From positions 1 through 64,000 of the IMG/VR virus record IMGVR_UViG_3300044731_002337: a stretch of 64,000 bases of DNA, one strand, 5' to 3'. Shown one piece after another: positions 40,165-50,068 of this stretch. Position 1 is the stretch's first letter. The number at the start of each line of letters is the position of its first letter. The position numbers and the translations under genes were made by a program. The notes beneath the pieces are model-generated. The model was given only the letters and a program-made list of their open reading frames with translations, ran no database searches and was not told the origin of the DNA.

Positions 40165-40707
40165 ATGTATCCGAAAGAGCAAGGTGATAGGTTGAGGGAA
40201 TGGATGTGCCATTTTCAAATTCGACTGGATCATGTGGCAAGGCATCAAGAGGAAGAAGAGGAAATGGGTCGTCGCGCAAGAAGAAAATTTTGGGAATGGG
40301 TCAAGAAACGATTTCCTTCTTTTGGTACAGAATCAAGTGAACTTTCTGGGTTTTTAAGGAAGCGAAAGGCATTCATGATCTCTGTACAAGACATTTGTTT
40401 TGGATCCCAAGATGATAGCATGACATTAGTTGCTGCAAATGGAAATTGTACCTTCATGGAAAAAACAAGAACACGATTTGAATTATCTTGTCCAGAAGAA
40501 AAAGAAGAAGAAAAAGGGGACGAATGGTTTGTGTTGGATGAAGATATACATGTGAGTAAAGGCCAAGATGGATCTGAAGCTGCAAGAGCACAATATCGTC
40601 GTCGACATTTACCGCTATTTATTCGTAACCTATTTCGGTTCCATGAGTTACCCTATGAGAAGAAATTGGCTATGGACGCCTTGTACTTTTTGGAAGCATG
40701 TTTATAA
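40165..40707 (+). CDS. Hypothetical protein, paralogue of the 23399 gene
   Basis: Shared DICFG and LPLFIRNLFRFHEL..LAMDA..FL. Confidence 0.75.
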   Translation: MYPKEQGDRLREWMCHFQIRLDHVARHQEEEEEMGRRARRKFWEWVKKRFPSFGTESSELSGFLRKRKAFMISVQDICFGSQDDSMTLVAANGNCTFMEKTRTRFELSCPEEKEEEKGDEWFVLDEDIHVSKGQDGSEAARAQYRRRHLPLFIRNLFRFHELPYEKKLAMDALYFLEACL

Positions 40708-40768
40708 AAATGACTCATTACCATTTCATGTATTGTGTTTTCACTCCAAGGTTACTGGGTAAATCCAT

Positions 40769-41584
40769 GTGGAAAAAATCAAAATGTGGTTAACACTTGC
40801 TCATGTCTACGGTATTTTACTTATGCCAAATCAATGGATTAGTTTTGTAGTGGTACTACTGAATGCATGGATGATTAGGACCCCCTATTTGTGTTTTGTA
40901 AATTGTGTGTTGAATATGGTTGGTAACATGTCATGGTGCGGTGTAGTATTTTCAATGCTATGGTTATTGGATTCTCAAAATTTGGTCATTGGTGAGTTAC
41001 CTGGGAAATTTAGAAAAGAGGTCGAATACATTGTAAGTGTAAGTAAAGATTTGAAACCAGATAATTCAGAGATTTTTTGGACGAGTGTATTTGCAGATAA
41101 TGGTCAGACAACCAATATTCCTTACTCTCAAGGGCTATATGATTACATATCTGGTTTACGGTGGCAAATCATGGAGTTTTGGTGTAAGCGAATTAATGGG
41201 TTTGGTACGCTCATCAATCCATCCAATTCAGTAGAACAAGATTGGCATATTGATTATACATGGTCATACACAAGTCTATTTATACCCATTGAAAATTGTA
41301 CATCATCCAACATGACTCAGATTATGACAAGTTCAATTGTATGGGGATATTTCCATAATTCACGTAATATCAAAGAAAAAGAACAAGAGAATGTTATGGC
41401 CACCATCATTGTACCAAGGAAATGGTCATTGTTGTTATTGCCACCAAGTACATTTCACCGTGGCGTAAAGAACAACTCTGATATGGATCGAACATTGTTT
41501 TGGATATCCTATCAGAGTCGAACCGATCCAATCGAACATGAACATGCAGTGCAAGACTTTACCAAGAAATCAATAGACTTGTGA
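40769..41584 (+). CDS. Membrane-anchored 2OG-Fe(II) dioxygenase-like (PhyH-like) protein
   Basis: QDWHID (HxD), FHRGVKNNSDMDRT (distal His and Arg); hydrophobic N-terminus. Confidence 0.6.
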   Translation: MEKIKMWLTLAHVYGILLMPNQWISFVVVLLNAWMIRTPYLCFVNCVLNMVGNMSWCGVVFSMLWLLDSQNLVIGELPGKFRKEVEYIVSVSKDLKPDNSEIFWTSVFADNGQTTNIPYSQGLYDYISGLRWQIMEFWCKRINGFGTLINPSNSVEQDWHIDYTWSYTSLFIPIENCTSSNMTQIMTSSIVWGYFHNSRNIKEKEQENVMATIIVPRKWSLLLLPPSTFHRGVKNNSDMDRTLFWISYQSRTDPIEHEHAVQDFTKKSIDL

Positions 41585-41675
41585 CGCTAGTTCATTCAAA
41601 GAGGTAACGCTAGTTCATTCAAAGAGGTAACGCTAGTTCATTCAAAGAGGTAACGCTAGTTCATTCAAAGAGGTA
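41584..41675 (-). repeat. Tandem array, 23-bp unit (+ strand ACGCTAGTTCATTCAAAGAGGTA) x4, core family 1
   Basis: Exact 23-nt periodicity, intergenic between convergent genes. Confidence 0.97.
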
Positions 41676-41700
41676 GTAAAAAGGTCATGATGAAAATATT

Positions 41701-42501
41701 TTATTTTTCAATAGGAAAAAAAATAGGCATTACAATTTTTGCTTTCACTGAAGGACAAGAACGAGGTTGCGGGGTTGGTTTTCTTTGTTTCTTGAGTGGG
41801 GCTAGTGAAAAATCAGAAGAGGAGTTGTCTTGCCTTGATCTTTTTCTTGGTAAGGCATAGAATAGAGCAGTTTCACCATTCTTGTTTCGAAGGTTCACAT
41901 CGGCCCCATAGTTAACCAGAAACTTGATTCCAATTCCCGAGTTTTTCTCAGAAGCACACATGAGAAGAGAACAGCCATCATTCTTGTCCGAGACTGAATT
42001 GATATCGCACTTGGCCGTCTTGATCAACCAATCAAACATGTCCACATCCATTGAGTGAAAATTATGATTCATCACTTTGAAAAAAACAGCAAACAAGATG
42101 AAATAACCCAATTCGTTTTCTTGGGTCAGCACCTCAGGCTTCTTCACAATCAACTCCTTCAACTCATAGTATTGCCCTTGTGCAAGCAACTCAAATGGAT
42201 CGGTAACCTCAGTTTCATTCAAAGAGGTAACTTTTGATTCATTCGAAGAGGTAACTTCTGGTTCAATCGAAGAGGTAACTTCTGGTTCAATCGAAGAGGT
42301 AACTTTTGGTTCAATCGAAGAGGTAACTTCTGGTTTAATCGAAGAGGTAACTTTTGGTTCAATCGAAGAGGTAACTTTTGGTTCAATCGAAGAGGTAACT
42401 TTTGGTTCAATCGAAGAGGTAACTTCTGGTTCATTCGAAGAGGTAACTTTTGGTTCAATCGAAGAGGTAACTTCTGGTTCATTCGAAGAGGTGGTAGACA
42501 T
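41701..42501 (-). CDS. Ankyrin-repeat protein with N-terminal (VTSSI/NEP[E/K])x12 repeat tract
   Basis: GCSLLMCAS..LVNYGADVNLRNKNGETALFYA. Confidence 0.8.
   Translation of the reverse strand: MSTTSSNEPEVTSSIEPKVTSSNEPEVTSSIEPKVTSSIEPKVTSSIEPKVTSSIKPEVTSSIEPKVTSSIEPEVTSSIEPEVTSSNESKVTSLNETEVTDPFELLAQGQYYELKELIVKKPEVLTQENELGYFILFAVFFKVMNHNFHSMDVDMFDWLIKTAKCDINSVSDKNDGCSLLMCASEKNSGIGIKFLVNYGADVNLRNKNGETALFYALPRKRSRQDNSSSDFSLAPLKKQRKPTPQPRSCPSVKAKIVMPIFFPIEK
42202..42493 (-). repeat. Tandem array, 24-bp unit x12, core family 1, in frame
   Basis: 24-nt periodicity with variant units. Confidence 0.97.
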
Positions 42502-42541
42502 GGTTGCAAATGTGTATTTTTGAAAAACCTAGCCCGGCGTA

Positions 42542-42555
42542 GCGGAAAATCCAAA
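42542..42555 (-). promoter_or_regulatory. Putative promoter motif TTTGGATTTTCCGC
   Basis: 41 nt upstream of ATG 42501. Confidence 0.6.
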
Positions 42556-42591
42556 AAAAAAACAAATTTCCGAAACGAACCTATAAAATAA

Positions 42592-43221
42592 ATGGAATGG
42601 TTGTATTGGTTTTTATTTTTATCGTTGATTGTTATATTTATATTTGAGATACCCATGAAGACATGCTATGGATTACCAGGTTATAAGTTGAAGGACAATA
42701 TAATCAATAGGCCCATAAAGAGTTATTATGCAACACATCCATTACCATTAGATATTGTATTGGAGAATTATGAAGTATGGAAAGGGTTTGCGGACAAGTA
42801 TGCTATTCGATGGTGGTTTAGTGAAGGAACAGCTTTGGGTCTTTATAGAGGAAATGATTTTAATTTGAATGATGATGATGTGGATCTTTGTGTTGATGGT
42901 GATTGGTTACTATGGTTTGGTAGGTATGGATATCTTGAGTTAATAGATTTGGGGTTTCGACATGTTCATACGAATCCGTATTATATGTTGAGTTTTATTC
43001 GTAAAGGAGTAAAGTTGGATGTTGCATTCCAGGTACGTGGTCCAGGATTATTGTGTATTGCCAATTATGGGGAATGTGAGGGTACCTATCCATTAACTCG
43101 TCAACTCAAATGGGTTCAAGGGAAATATCCTGTTCCAGACCATGTTGAATATTATGAAAAACTCTATGGTCCTGAATGGATGATACCCAAGAGAAATAGC
43201 AAACCCATTCCAAATAAATAA
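42592..43221 (+). CDS. LicD-family nucleotidyltransferase-fold protein with N-terminal membrane anchor
   Basis: WWFSEGTALGLYRG..NDDDVDL signature. Confidence 0.8.
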   Translation: MEWLYWFLFLSLIVIFIFEIPMKTCYGLPGYKLKDNIINRPIKSYYATHPLPLDIVLENYEVWKGFADKYAIRWWFSEGTALGLYRGNDFNLNDDDVDLCVDGDWLLWFGRYGYLELIDLGFRHVHTNPYYMLSFIRKGVKLDVAFQVRGPGLLCIANYGECEGTYPLTRQLKWVQGKYPVPDHVEYYEKLYGPEWMIPKRNSKPIPNK

Positions 43222-43225
43222 GTTT

Positions 43226-44196
43226 TTATTCTAGTTGAATTGGATGATTCTTGTTGTGGTTGCAAAATCGACATGCATTATTCTTCATGGTAATAGGAAC
43301 ACGACGTCTCAACGCATTCAAGAGTTTGTGGAAGTCAGAGTTTTCTTCCTCCTTGTGTTTCACGTCTAGATCTGATTCCTTCAGAGTCACCTTACGAATC
43401 CGAAACAACCTTGATGCCCAGTTGAACCTTCCATGACAGACCAAAAATCGGAATTCCAGTGTTGGGCTAGATAACCATGAGTTGTACCAAAAAAAAACAC
43501 AAACTTACTCTAAAACGTTTTCCATAATGTGTTGAATGCAGTCGAGACACCTGAGTTGTGGGCTGATATGGGTTGGATACATTTCCAAAAGTTCAAACAT
43601 GTCCGACTTGGATTTAGAATGTTTGATTCCGCATGCATGGGTACAGACTCGTTCAAATAGAAAACGTCTTTCCTTTTGCGTCTTGTAGGCTGAACATGCC
43701 AAGTACTTGCGGTGCAATGTCTTGATGTTGAAATCGTTCCTGGCCGCGTATTGAAGTAATTCCCTCTTTTGTGGCTCTTGTGTGAACCATTCCTTGATCC
43801 CAGTATCACTAGCCAAAAATGAGAATGATTACATACAATGTAAAATTACGGGTCAAGAACTTTGATGAGGTACTTCATGCACACTTGGCATGGCGATTCC
43901 GTGTCTTCCAAATAGGCAGCAATCATGTCATTTTCTACGTAGACATTCATTTTGCGAATCAATTCAACCTTGGGGTGAGATTCGCCGTCACATGGAGCAG
44001 CAACAAGGCGTTCAAGAAATTCAACTTTTTCGTCATTGCGCAGGTCGTGCTCCAAACTTCGGTAGACTCGGTTCGCTTCCTTCACGTCCTCAACTGTTTC
44101 CAAAGGATTCTGTTGCAAGTCCGGTTCCAAAAGTTCTAATCCAGCAGCTATTTCCCTATGAAGTTCATTTGTTTTGGCAATCATTTGCGAGTCCAT
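43226..44196 (-). CDS. Spliced three-exon Cys/His module protein, complement(join(43226..43466,43509..43808,43850..44196)), 295 aa; paralogue of 24075
   Basis: Phase-2 introns of 41 nt (GTAATT..CTAG) and 42 nt (GTAAGT..CTAG) at positions equivalent to those in the 24075 gene. Confidence 0.85.
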
Positions 44197-44231
44197 GGTT
44201 TTGTAATGTGATGAAATGGTGAAAAGTCCCA

Positions 44232-44245
44232 GCGGAAAATCCAAA
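44232..44245 (-). promoter_or_regulatory. Putative promoter motif TTTGGATTTTCCGC
   Basis: 36 nt upstream of ATG 44196. Confidence 0.6.
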
Positions 44246-44527
44246 AAAAAAAGTTTATTCCGATTCCAAATGTTGTTATTTGTTCAGATCTCATGTGTCT
44301 CACATCACCATTTTTATTCCCCTATTATCGACATGAAGAACCTTTTTTATTCCAATTGAAAATACTTCTTGCCAAATAAAATACTTTTTCATCACAAGAA
44401 GAACATTTTTATTCCAACAGAAAACACTTTTTACCTCTTTTGCAAAATAAAAAACTTTTTCTGATAATTGAAAACTTTTTCGTCTCTTTTATCAACATGG
44501 AAAGCGTTTGATAATTAGGAGTTTGTA

Positions 44528-44702
44528 GTTCATTCGAAGAGGTAACTTCTTGTTCATTCGAAGAGGTAACTTCTTGTTCATTCGAAGAGGTAACTTCTTG
44601 TTCATTCGAAGAGGTAACTTCTGGTTCATTCGAAGAGGTAACTTCTGGTTCATTCGAAGAGGTAACTTCTGGTTCATTCGAAGAGGTAACTTCTTGTTCA
44701 TT
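44528..44702 (-). repeat. Tandem array, 24-bp unit GAAGTTACCTCTTCGAATGAAC(A/C)A x7, core family 1, probably non-coding
   Basis: 24-nt periodicity in a ~500-bp divergent intergenic region. Confidence 0.97.
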
Positions 44703-44739
44703 TGGAAAATAAATCAAGTCGACGAAAATAAAAATATAC

Positions 44740-45015
44740 ATGGGTAATAAAGAGCAAAAATCGTATGCCTTGGTTGAGGAGATAACGGAAGAGTTGGATC
44801 CTACCCATGTACAGTTTATGTGTAAGGAGATTGTTGGCTACAAGGTGGAAAATAGATATCATGTAGTAATAGAGTGGTCGGATGGAGATCATACAGCATA
44901 TGATATAGAGGTGCTGAATTCGATTTTTGATCAATTATCCAAAAAGACAAGAGAAGGATTTATGGCGTGGAATTTATTACAATTATCCATATTGTTTACT
45001 ATGGCGTATATTTAA
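44740..45015 (+). CDS. Hypothetical protein
   Basis: 91-aa ORF with A-rich ATG context. Confidence 0.6.
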   Translation: MGNKEQKSYALVEEITEELDPTHVQFMCKEIVGYKVENRYHVVIEWSDGDHTAYDIEVLNSIFDQLSKKTREGFMAWNLLQLSILFTMAYI

Positions 45016-45620
45016 AACTGTAGTAGGTATTTGATGAGGTGGGTTGGTAATTTTCGTAAGAGAATATTATAAGGGAATAGTGAGGCCTGTTCGTGAAGAT
45101 AAAATTGGAGTTCAGGGAGGTGAGAGCAGTCCCAGCCGATAAATTCAATGCAAAAAATACGGATGAAGAACTGAATGAGTTCAACATGGGAGCAAGGGAA
45201 AGTGTGATGTGTTAACATGGTCTTACATCGAATTGAGAGTTGTTTTTGCATGAAATTTCGATATTGAAGTGTAATGAAACGTGAGGTGTCGAATGGGTGG
45301 TGAAGGATGAAGGGGTGTGATGGAAGTTCGATGAACCAATTACCACATTGAAATAATAAGTAATCAAAAAGAGGGGCTAATGCGTGAAAGCGGTAAATTA
45401 AAGCGGGGATGATTGTAGTGAAAGCGCAAGGATTATATTGTGGGGTATTGAGTTGATGTATTTGAGATTGAAGACGTTTAATACTCCGTCTAGATATTTT
45501 GGGTAAGCGTATACGTGAAACTAAATGGTGATCTCGTGTTTTTAAATATAATGTATCTTTGTATTTGTGTAAGAGTAAAGGGGTCGTATGTTGTGATATA
45601 ATGGTCGAAATGATATCCAT
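45012..45620 (-). CDS. Hypothetical protein with F-box-like extreme C-terminus
   Basis: 202 aa; ends LRKLPTHLIKYLLQF. Confidence 0.65.
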   Translation of the reverse strand: MDIISTIISQHTTPLLLHKYKDTLYLKTRDHHLVSRIRLPKISRRSIKRLQSQIHQLNTPQYNPCAFTTIIPALIYRFHALAPLFDYLLFQCGNWFIELPSHPFILHHPFDTSRFITLQYRNFMQKQLSIRCKTMLTHHTFPCSHVELIQFFIRIFCIEFIGWDCSHLPELQFYLHEQASLFPYNILLRKLPTHLIKYLLQF

Positions 45621-45631
45621 ATGATATTGTT

Positions 45632-48600
45632 TTATTTTAGTTTAATCGTTTTTTGATCTTCTTCAAGTGCTGGAGCTATTTGATTTTCATAAGGTTGGCG
45701 ACCACTATTACCAGATACAAGTTCCCCATTAACTTCATGTGAAATAATGGATACATAATCGACTAGACGTACATTGAGACCATGTCCATATTTACTGTGA
45801 GCCCAATTGATGGCTTTAATAATGTCTGATATTGAGTTACCAAAAGCACCACCTCCCACAAGTGTTAACCATAAATCCTTGGCCTTGAGAGCATGTGCAG
45901 CCAAATAAGTAGATGCATACGCTGCTTGAAGAAGAAAGTAAGCCTTTTCATTACCATTTTCGTGGGTTTTATTATATTGTCCAGAAGTACCTTGGAACAT
46001 GTTTGCTGCGGCTACAAATACTTGATGAACTGGGAATGAAGTAGATAACAGTTGAATTTGTTCATTGTTTGGGGCCCCATAATAAACCATTGCATTTTCA
46101 TTGTATAAAACACGTACAAGACCAAGTAAATCTGTGTATTCGGTCGTATCTTCTGGTGGTAATAATTGGAGTTTCCCACCTGGTAATTTAGTACGTTTAT
46201 CTTCAAACTGTTGTTTATATTCTTCACCTCGTTGTGGAAATGTGTTGGGGTCAAGCTCTTTAGGTACGTTGTCAATGTCATTAATGTCATATTTTACATA
46301 TCCGTTATCTACATTGAAATAGTCAGATAGACCCTCGAGGTAGTTAAGGTCACCTAAAGCTTTATTATCTTCCGTCTGTGATTTTCTTTTGTTGTATTCG
46401 TTTTTAGGTAAGTTATGAAGGCGCCCAATAGCATCTACTGGTGCCATAATACTACAAAACGGACCTTGTGTTTTATCATTTGCATAATTCAATAAGAATT
46501 TGTTATAATCTGCTCGAATAAAATCAACAGGGCATTCAAGCCCATTAAATTGACTTGCGGCTTGAAATACATGTCCTTGATGTTTAGGATCAGTCATGAT
46601 TTCCCATATATTTCCTAAATTATCTCCGGAATGTATTCGAATCTGTAAAAGTGGCTGTGATGTATCTATGGATGATGATACTCTATATAGTAGATCCTGA
46701 ATTGATTCATAATGTGCCTGTCCACCTTGTAGTTGTGAACCATTTTCACAAATAAGGTAATTTCCTTTAAACTTACCAAATAACTCTTGTTCAGTATCAT
46801 AGCCCGAAATATGTTTAACCCAATCGACTCGTCTTATTGGATCTCCCGTGAACTTGTCTTTTGGTTTGTTATCCTCTACTTTGTGGGTAATGGGTCCTCC
46901 AGGTTGGGGACTAATTAAATGTTTATGATTTTCAGAACTCTGGGTAGCTTCAACCCTAGACGTCCGTGATTGGGTGCTTGGTTTAGTAGTTATACCATAA
47001 TTTCCTTGTTTTATGGATTCGATGTATAACCCAAATCGATTATCTCCGGTGCGTTTCTTTCGTAAATCAACACTCTCCTCATCTTTCGAATAGTCATACC
47101 TTTTAGATATTTCATATTCTTCTTGTGTCAATGGCGTTATAAGTAATTCTTTCCATTGAACTCCTAATTCGTATGAGGTTTGGCTTGTATCTCCCACAAA
47201 TAACTTATGGCGACTAAAATCTGAATGTCCTGTGTGTGACAGTTTACACACGTAATCATGTTTATAATAAATGTTAAAGTATATCGTGTTCAAATCTCTA
47301 GTCTTATATAGTTTAAATGTGTCTTTCCATAATGTAGCATGGGTATCGAGAAATGGTATAATACCTGGTTTTTCTTTATTCCCTATTAACTTGCTATAGT
47401 ATTGATTAACATCATTAAAACGTTCATTTCGAATCCAATACTTGCATGTGTCATAGTGTAACATGATGTAGTATGCCTTGTTGAATGAAACAAAATATTC
47501 GCCACGTACACCTGTAACCCATGGTGGGAAATCACATTTTTTATCTTTATGGGTTTTTTCACCCGATCTCAAATCAATGACTTGGTAGTAGAGTAACATC
47601 TCAATAAGTAAGTCTGGTGTCATGTAGTAACTATTTTTTGAGTTTTCGAACCTATATATGCATGCTTTAGTATATTTCCATTCCTTTTTCATGATGTTTT
47701 TTACAGCATTATCATAATTTTTTTCTATGTTTGTTGTATAACTTATTAAACCATCTTTTTGCATGATGTCAGTAGTAAAATGTTTGTCCCAGTCAAATTC
47801 TTCTTTTCCTTGCGGACTAGTATTGGAATGTGGAGGATTTTTCTTAGGTTTTATCTTGGTCATGGTTTGTGGTGCTGGTGTTTGACAATACAACAGAATA
47901 CGTCGATCACCAGTGACATATGGATCTGGTTTGTAATTGTTTACATCATTTCTTAACTTTGTGTTTTGGTGAATATCTTCTTCGGTTATTGGCGTGTCCA
48001 GTAATTGTCTCCATTTAACTCCTAATTGGTATGAAGTTTTCATAGGATGTGTACCTTCCACATAAAGCGTATGGTCTTTGAAAATTTCGTTACCGGTATG
48101 ACGTAGCTGAGCGATGAGTAAATGATTAGGATATATTTTCACATATATTTCTTTCAATGAGTGACTGTTTGTTTTTTGAATTGTATCTTCCCACAGTTTT
48201 GCATGGGTATCGACAAATGGTATATGACCTGGTTGTTTGTTGTTCCCTATTAACTGGTTATAATATCGATTAACATCATCAAAACGTTCATTCCGAATCC
48301 AATACTTGTTTTTGTCATAGTGCACCATTACATAAATTGCCAAGTTGCGATATTCGTACATGCCTTCTGGGATTTTTAATTGTTCGTCTGTATGGGTTTT
48401 TTCACCCGATCTCAAATCAATGACTTGGTAGTAGAGTAACATCTCAATAAGTAAGTCTGGTGTCATGAAGTAACTATTTTTTGATTTTTCGAACCTATAT
48501 ATGCATGCTGGATTATAATTCCATTCCTCCACCATGATTTTATCTACAGCATTATCATAATTTTTTTCTATGTTTGTTGTATAACTTATTAAACCCTTGT

Positions 48601-48802
48601 CTTCCATTATATCAGTAGTAAAATGTTTGGTCCAGTCGAATTCTTCTTTTCCTTGCGGACTAGTATTGGAATGTCCATGATGTATCTCAGATGTATCATT
48701 CACTTCCGTAATCGTCTTTGATTGTACATTGGATGTTATAAGTAGGGTACATAGGTAAAGGAGTATAAATACTAAGGCGATAGCAAATAATGTATTATCC
48801 AT
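45632..48802 (-). CDS. Membrane-anchored protein with duplicated ~280-aa domain and C-terminal macrodomain/PARG-like domain
   Basis: N-terminal TM; 843-bp internal duplication; FQAASQFNGLE..DKTQGP..LTLVGGGAFGN. Confidence 0.6.
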   Translation of the reverse strand: MDNTLFAIALVFILLYLCTLLITSNVQSKTITEVNDTSEIHHGHSNTSPQGKEEFDWTKHFTTDIMEDKGLISYTTNIEKNYDNAVDKIMVEEWNYNPACIYRFEKSKNSYFMTPDLLIEMLLYYQVIDLRSGEKTHTDEQLKIPEGMYEYRNLAIYVMVHYDKNKYWIRNERFDDVNRYYNQLIGNNKQPGHIPFVDTHAKLWEDTIQKTNSHSLKEIYVKIYPNHLLIAQLRHTGNEIFKDHTLYVEGTHPMKTSYQLGVKWRQLLDTPITEEDIHQNTKLRNDVNNYKPDPYVTGDRRILLYCQTPAPQTMTKIKPKKNPPHSNTSPQGKEEFDWDKHFTTDIMQKDGLISYTTNIEKNYDNAVKNIMKKEWKYTKACIYRFENSKNSYYMTPDLLIEMLLYYQVIDLRSGEKTHKDKKCDFPPWVTGVRGEYFVSFNKAYYIMLHYDTCKYWIRNERFNDVNQYYSKLIGNKEKPGIIPFLDTHATLWKDTFKLYKTRDLNTIYFNIYYKHDYVCKLSHTGHSDFSRHKLFVGDTSQTSYELGVQWKELLITPLTQEEYEISKRYDYSKDEESVDLRKKRTGDNRFGLYIESIKQGNYGITTKPSTQSRTSRVEATQSSENHKHLISPQPGGPITHKVEDNKPKDKFTGDPIRRVDWVKHISGYDTEQELFGKFKGNYLICENGSQLQGGQAHYESIQDLLYRVSSSIDTSQPLLQIRIHSGDNLGNIWEIMTDPKHQGHVFQAASQFNGLECPVDFIRADYNKFLLNYANDKTQGPFCSIMAPVDAIGRLHNLPKNEYNKRKSQTEDNKALGDLNYLEGLSDYFNVDNGYVKYDINDIDNVPKELDPNTFPQRGEEYKQQFEDKRTKLPGGKLQLLPPEDTTEYTDLLGLVRVLYNENAMVYYGAPNNEQIQLLSTSFPVHQVFVAAANMFQGTSGQYNKTHENGNEKAYFLLQAAYASTYLAAHALKAKDLWLTLVGGGAFGNSISDIIKAINWAHSKYGHGLNVRLVDYVSIISHEVNGELVSGNSGRQPYENQIAPALEEDQKTIKLK

Positions 48803-48853
48803 GGGTTTTTTTTTCTTGGTTTGAGGAAAATAAAGTAGATAAGGAAAAAGATA

Positions 48854-49786
48854 ATGATGGAGGATGAGATGTGTGCGGGCTTTACAAAGAAGGGAACGAG
48901 GTGCGCTAAGAAGAGACGTAAATATTCTTTATTTTGTGTATTGCATCGTCAAATGGGTGAATGGAGTTCCTTGAAAGACAATGTATGTACCTTGACTCAG
49001 TTTCTAAGGAATAATGAAAAGTTACAACCACATTATGAGGTTAAGGAAAGAATAGCGTATGGAATGTCAGGACACATATTCGAGGCAGTTCACAAGGCGA
49101 GTCAATTAGCGGTAGTCATGAAGGTTGTAATAGGTCAACCAAAGATAGACGAAGTAAGCATTGTAAAGAGGTTTCATCCAAAAAAAGACAATCATTTAGT
49201 TCACTTGATTGATTCATTTGTGGATTTAACTTACAGTGATGAGCATAACATTCAACAGAGTGCAACAATATTGGTGTTGGAAAAGCTTCACAAGACGATT
49301 ATACATTATACCTATACGCCTGAGATAAGGGGGCAATTGATTTGTATGATGCAGCAGTTACATGGACATGGTATTGTATCGAATGATGTGAAATTGGAGA
49401 ATATCATGATGGATGAGGTGCGAAGAAGGGTTGTGTTGATTGACTTGGCATCAGCTATAGATGTGAATCAATGGGAAGGGCATTATCAATCAAGAGTTGC
49501 AGGGAATATGATCTATAAGAGTTTGGGTCTAATGTGTAATAGTGATAAAAAACCAACATACGCAGATGATTTGGAATCACTGGCCTATGTGATGTGGGAA
49601 TTACAAGTAGGAGCTGTTCCATGGGAAAAGGAATCCTTAGTTGAAAAAATGATTGAAAAGAAGAAGAAACTACCTAAATGTCCTCCTTTATTACTTCAAC
49701 TCATTTCTTATTGCCGTTCACTCGGGTCAGAATTACCTGATTATGAGAAAGTTAAACATATTTTTTTGTTTTGCGAGAGGGAATGA
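48854..49786 (+). CDS. Casein kinase 1/VRK-like Ser/Thr kinase
   Basis: GMSGHIF, VVMK, NDVKLENIMM, LIDLA, DDLESLAYVM..PW. Confidence 0.88.
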   Translation: MMEDEMCAGFTKKGTRCAKKRRKYSLFCVLHRQMGEWSSLKDNVCTLTQFLRNNEKLQPHYEVKERIAYGMSGHIFEAVHKASQLAVVMKVVIGQPKIDEVSIVKRFHPKKDNHLVHLIDSFVDLTYSDEHNIQQSATILVLEKLHKTIIHYTYTPEIRGQLICMMQQLHGHGIVSNDVKLENIMMDEVRRRVVLIDLASAIDVNQWEGHYQSRVAGNMIYKSLGLMCNSDKKPTYADDLESLAYVMWELQVGAVPWEKESLVEKMIEKKKKLPKCPPLLLQLISYCRSLGSELPDYEKVKHIFLFCERE

Positions 49787-49811
49787 GCCGTAAAATAAAA
49801 AGCAAGCAGTT

Positions 49812-50051
49812 ATGGATTTGATATTTACGTGTCCACATTGTGAGGATTATATTATTGTAGGTGAGAAGGATGTGAATTGTGGTATTTTTCGTCATGGAGC
49901 AAATCCGGATGGAAGTCATATAAGTCCACATTTGTCTATGGAAGAATGTGAACGATTACGTGCAGTACCAAATCATCAAGGATGTGTAAAGCCTTTTCGT
50001 ATTGTGTCTACTAACCCTGGATATCGCATTGAAGTATGTGATTATGTGTAA
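49812..50051 (+). CDS. Small Cys/His protein of a type common in giant viruses
   Basis: CPHC..NCGIFRHG..PH..CE.L..GCVKPFRI. Confidence 0.75.
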   Translation: MDLIFTCPHCEDYIIVGEKDVNCGIFRHGANPDGSHISPHLSMEECERLRAVPNHQGCVKPFRIVSTNPGYRIEVCDYV

Positions 50052-50068
50052 GAAATAAAGGGAGAAAA

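Noticed and set aside
41584-44702. Tandem arrays as CRISPR-like arrays
   Set aside because: Units are head-to-tail with 4-10-nt near-identical linkers, no unique spacers and no cas-like genes.
44409-44741. ORFs 44409..44741, 44492..44701, 44550..44747 and 42219..42656 as genes
   Set aside because: Open only because 24-bp repeats lack stops in several frames; they overlap better genes or lack unique content.
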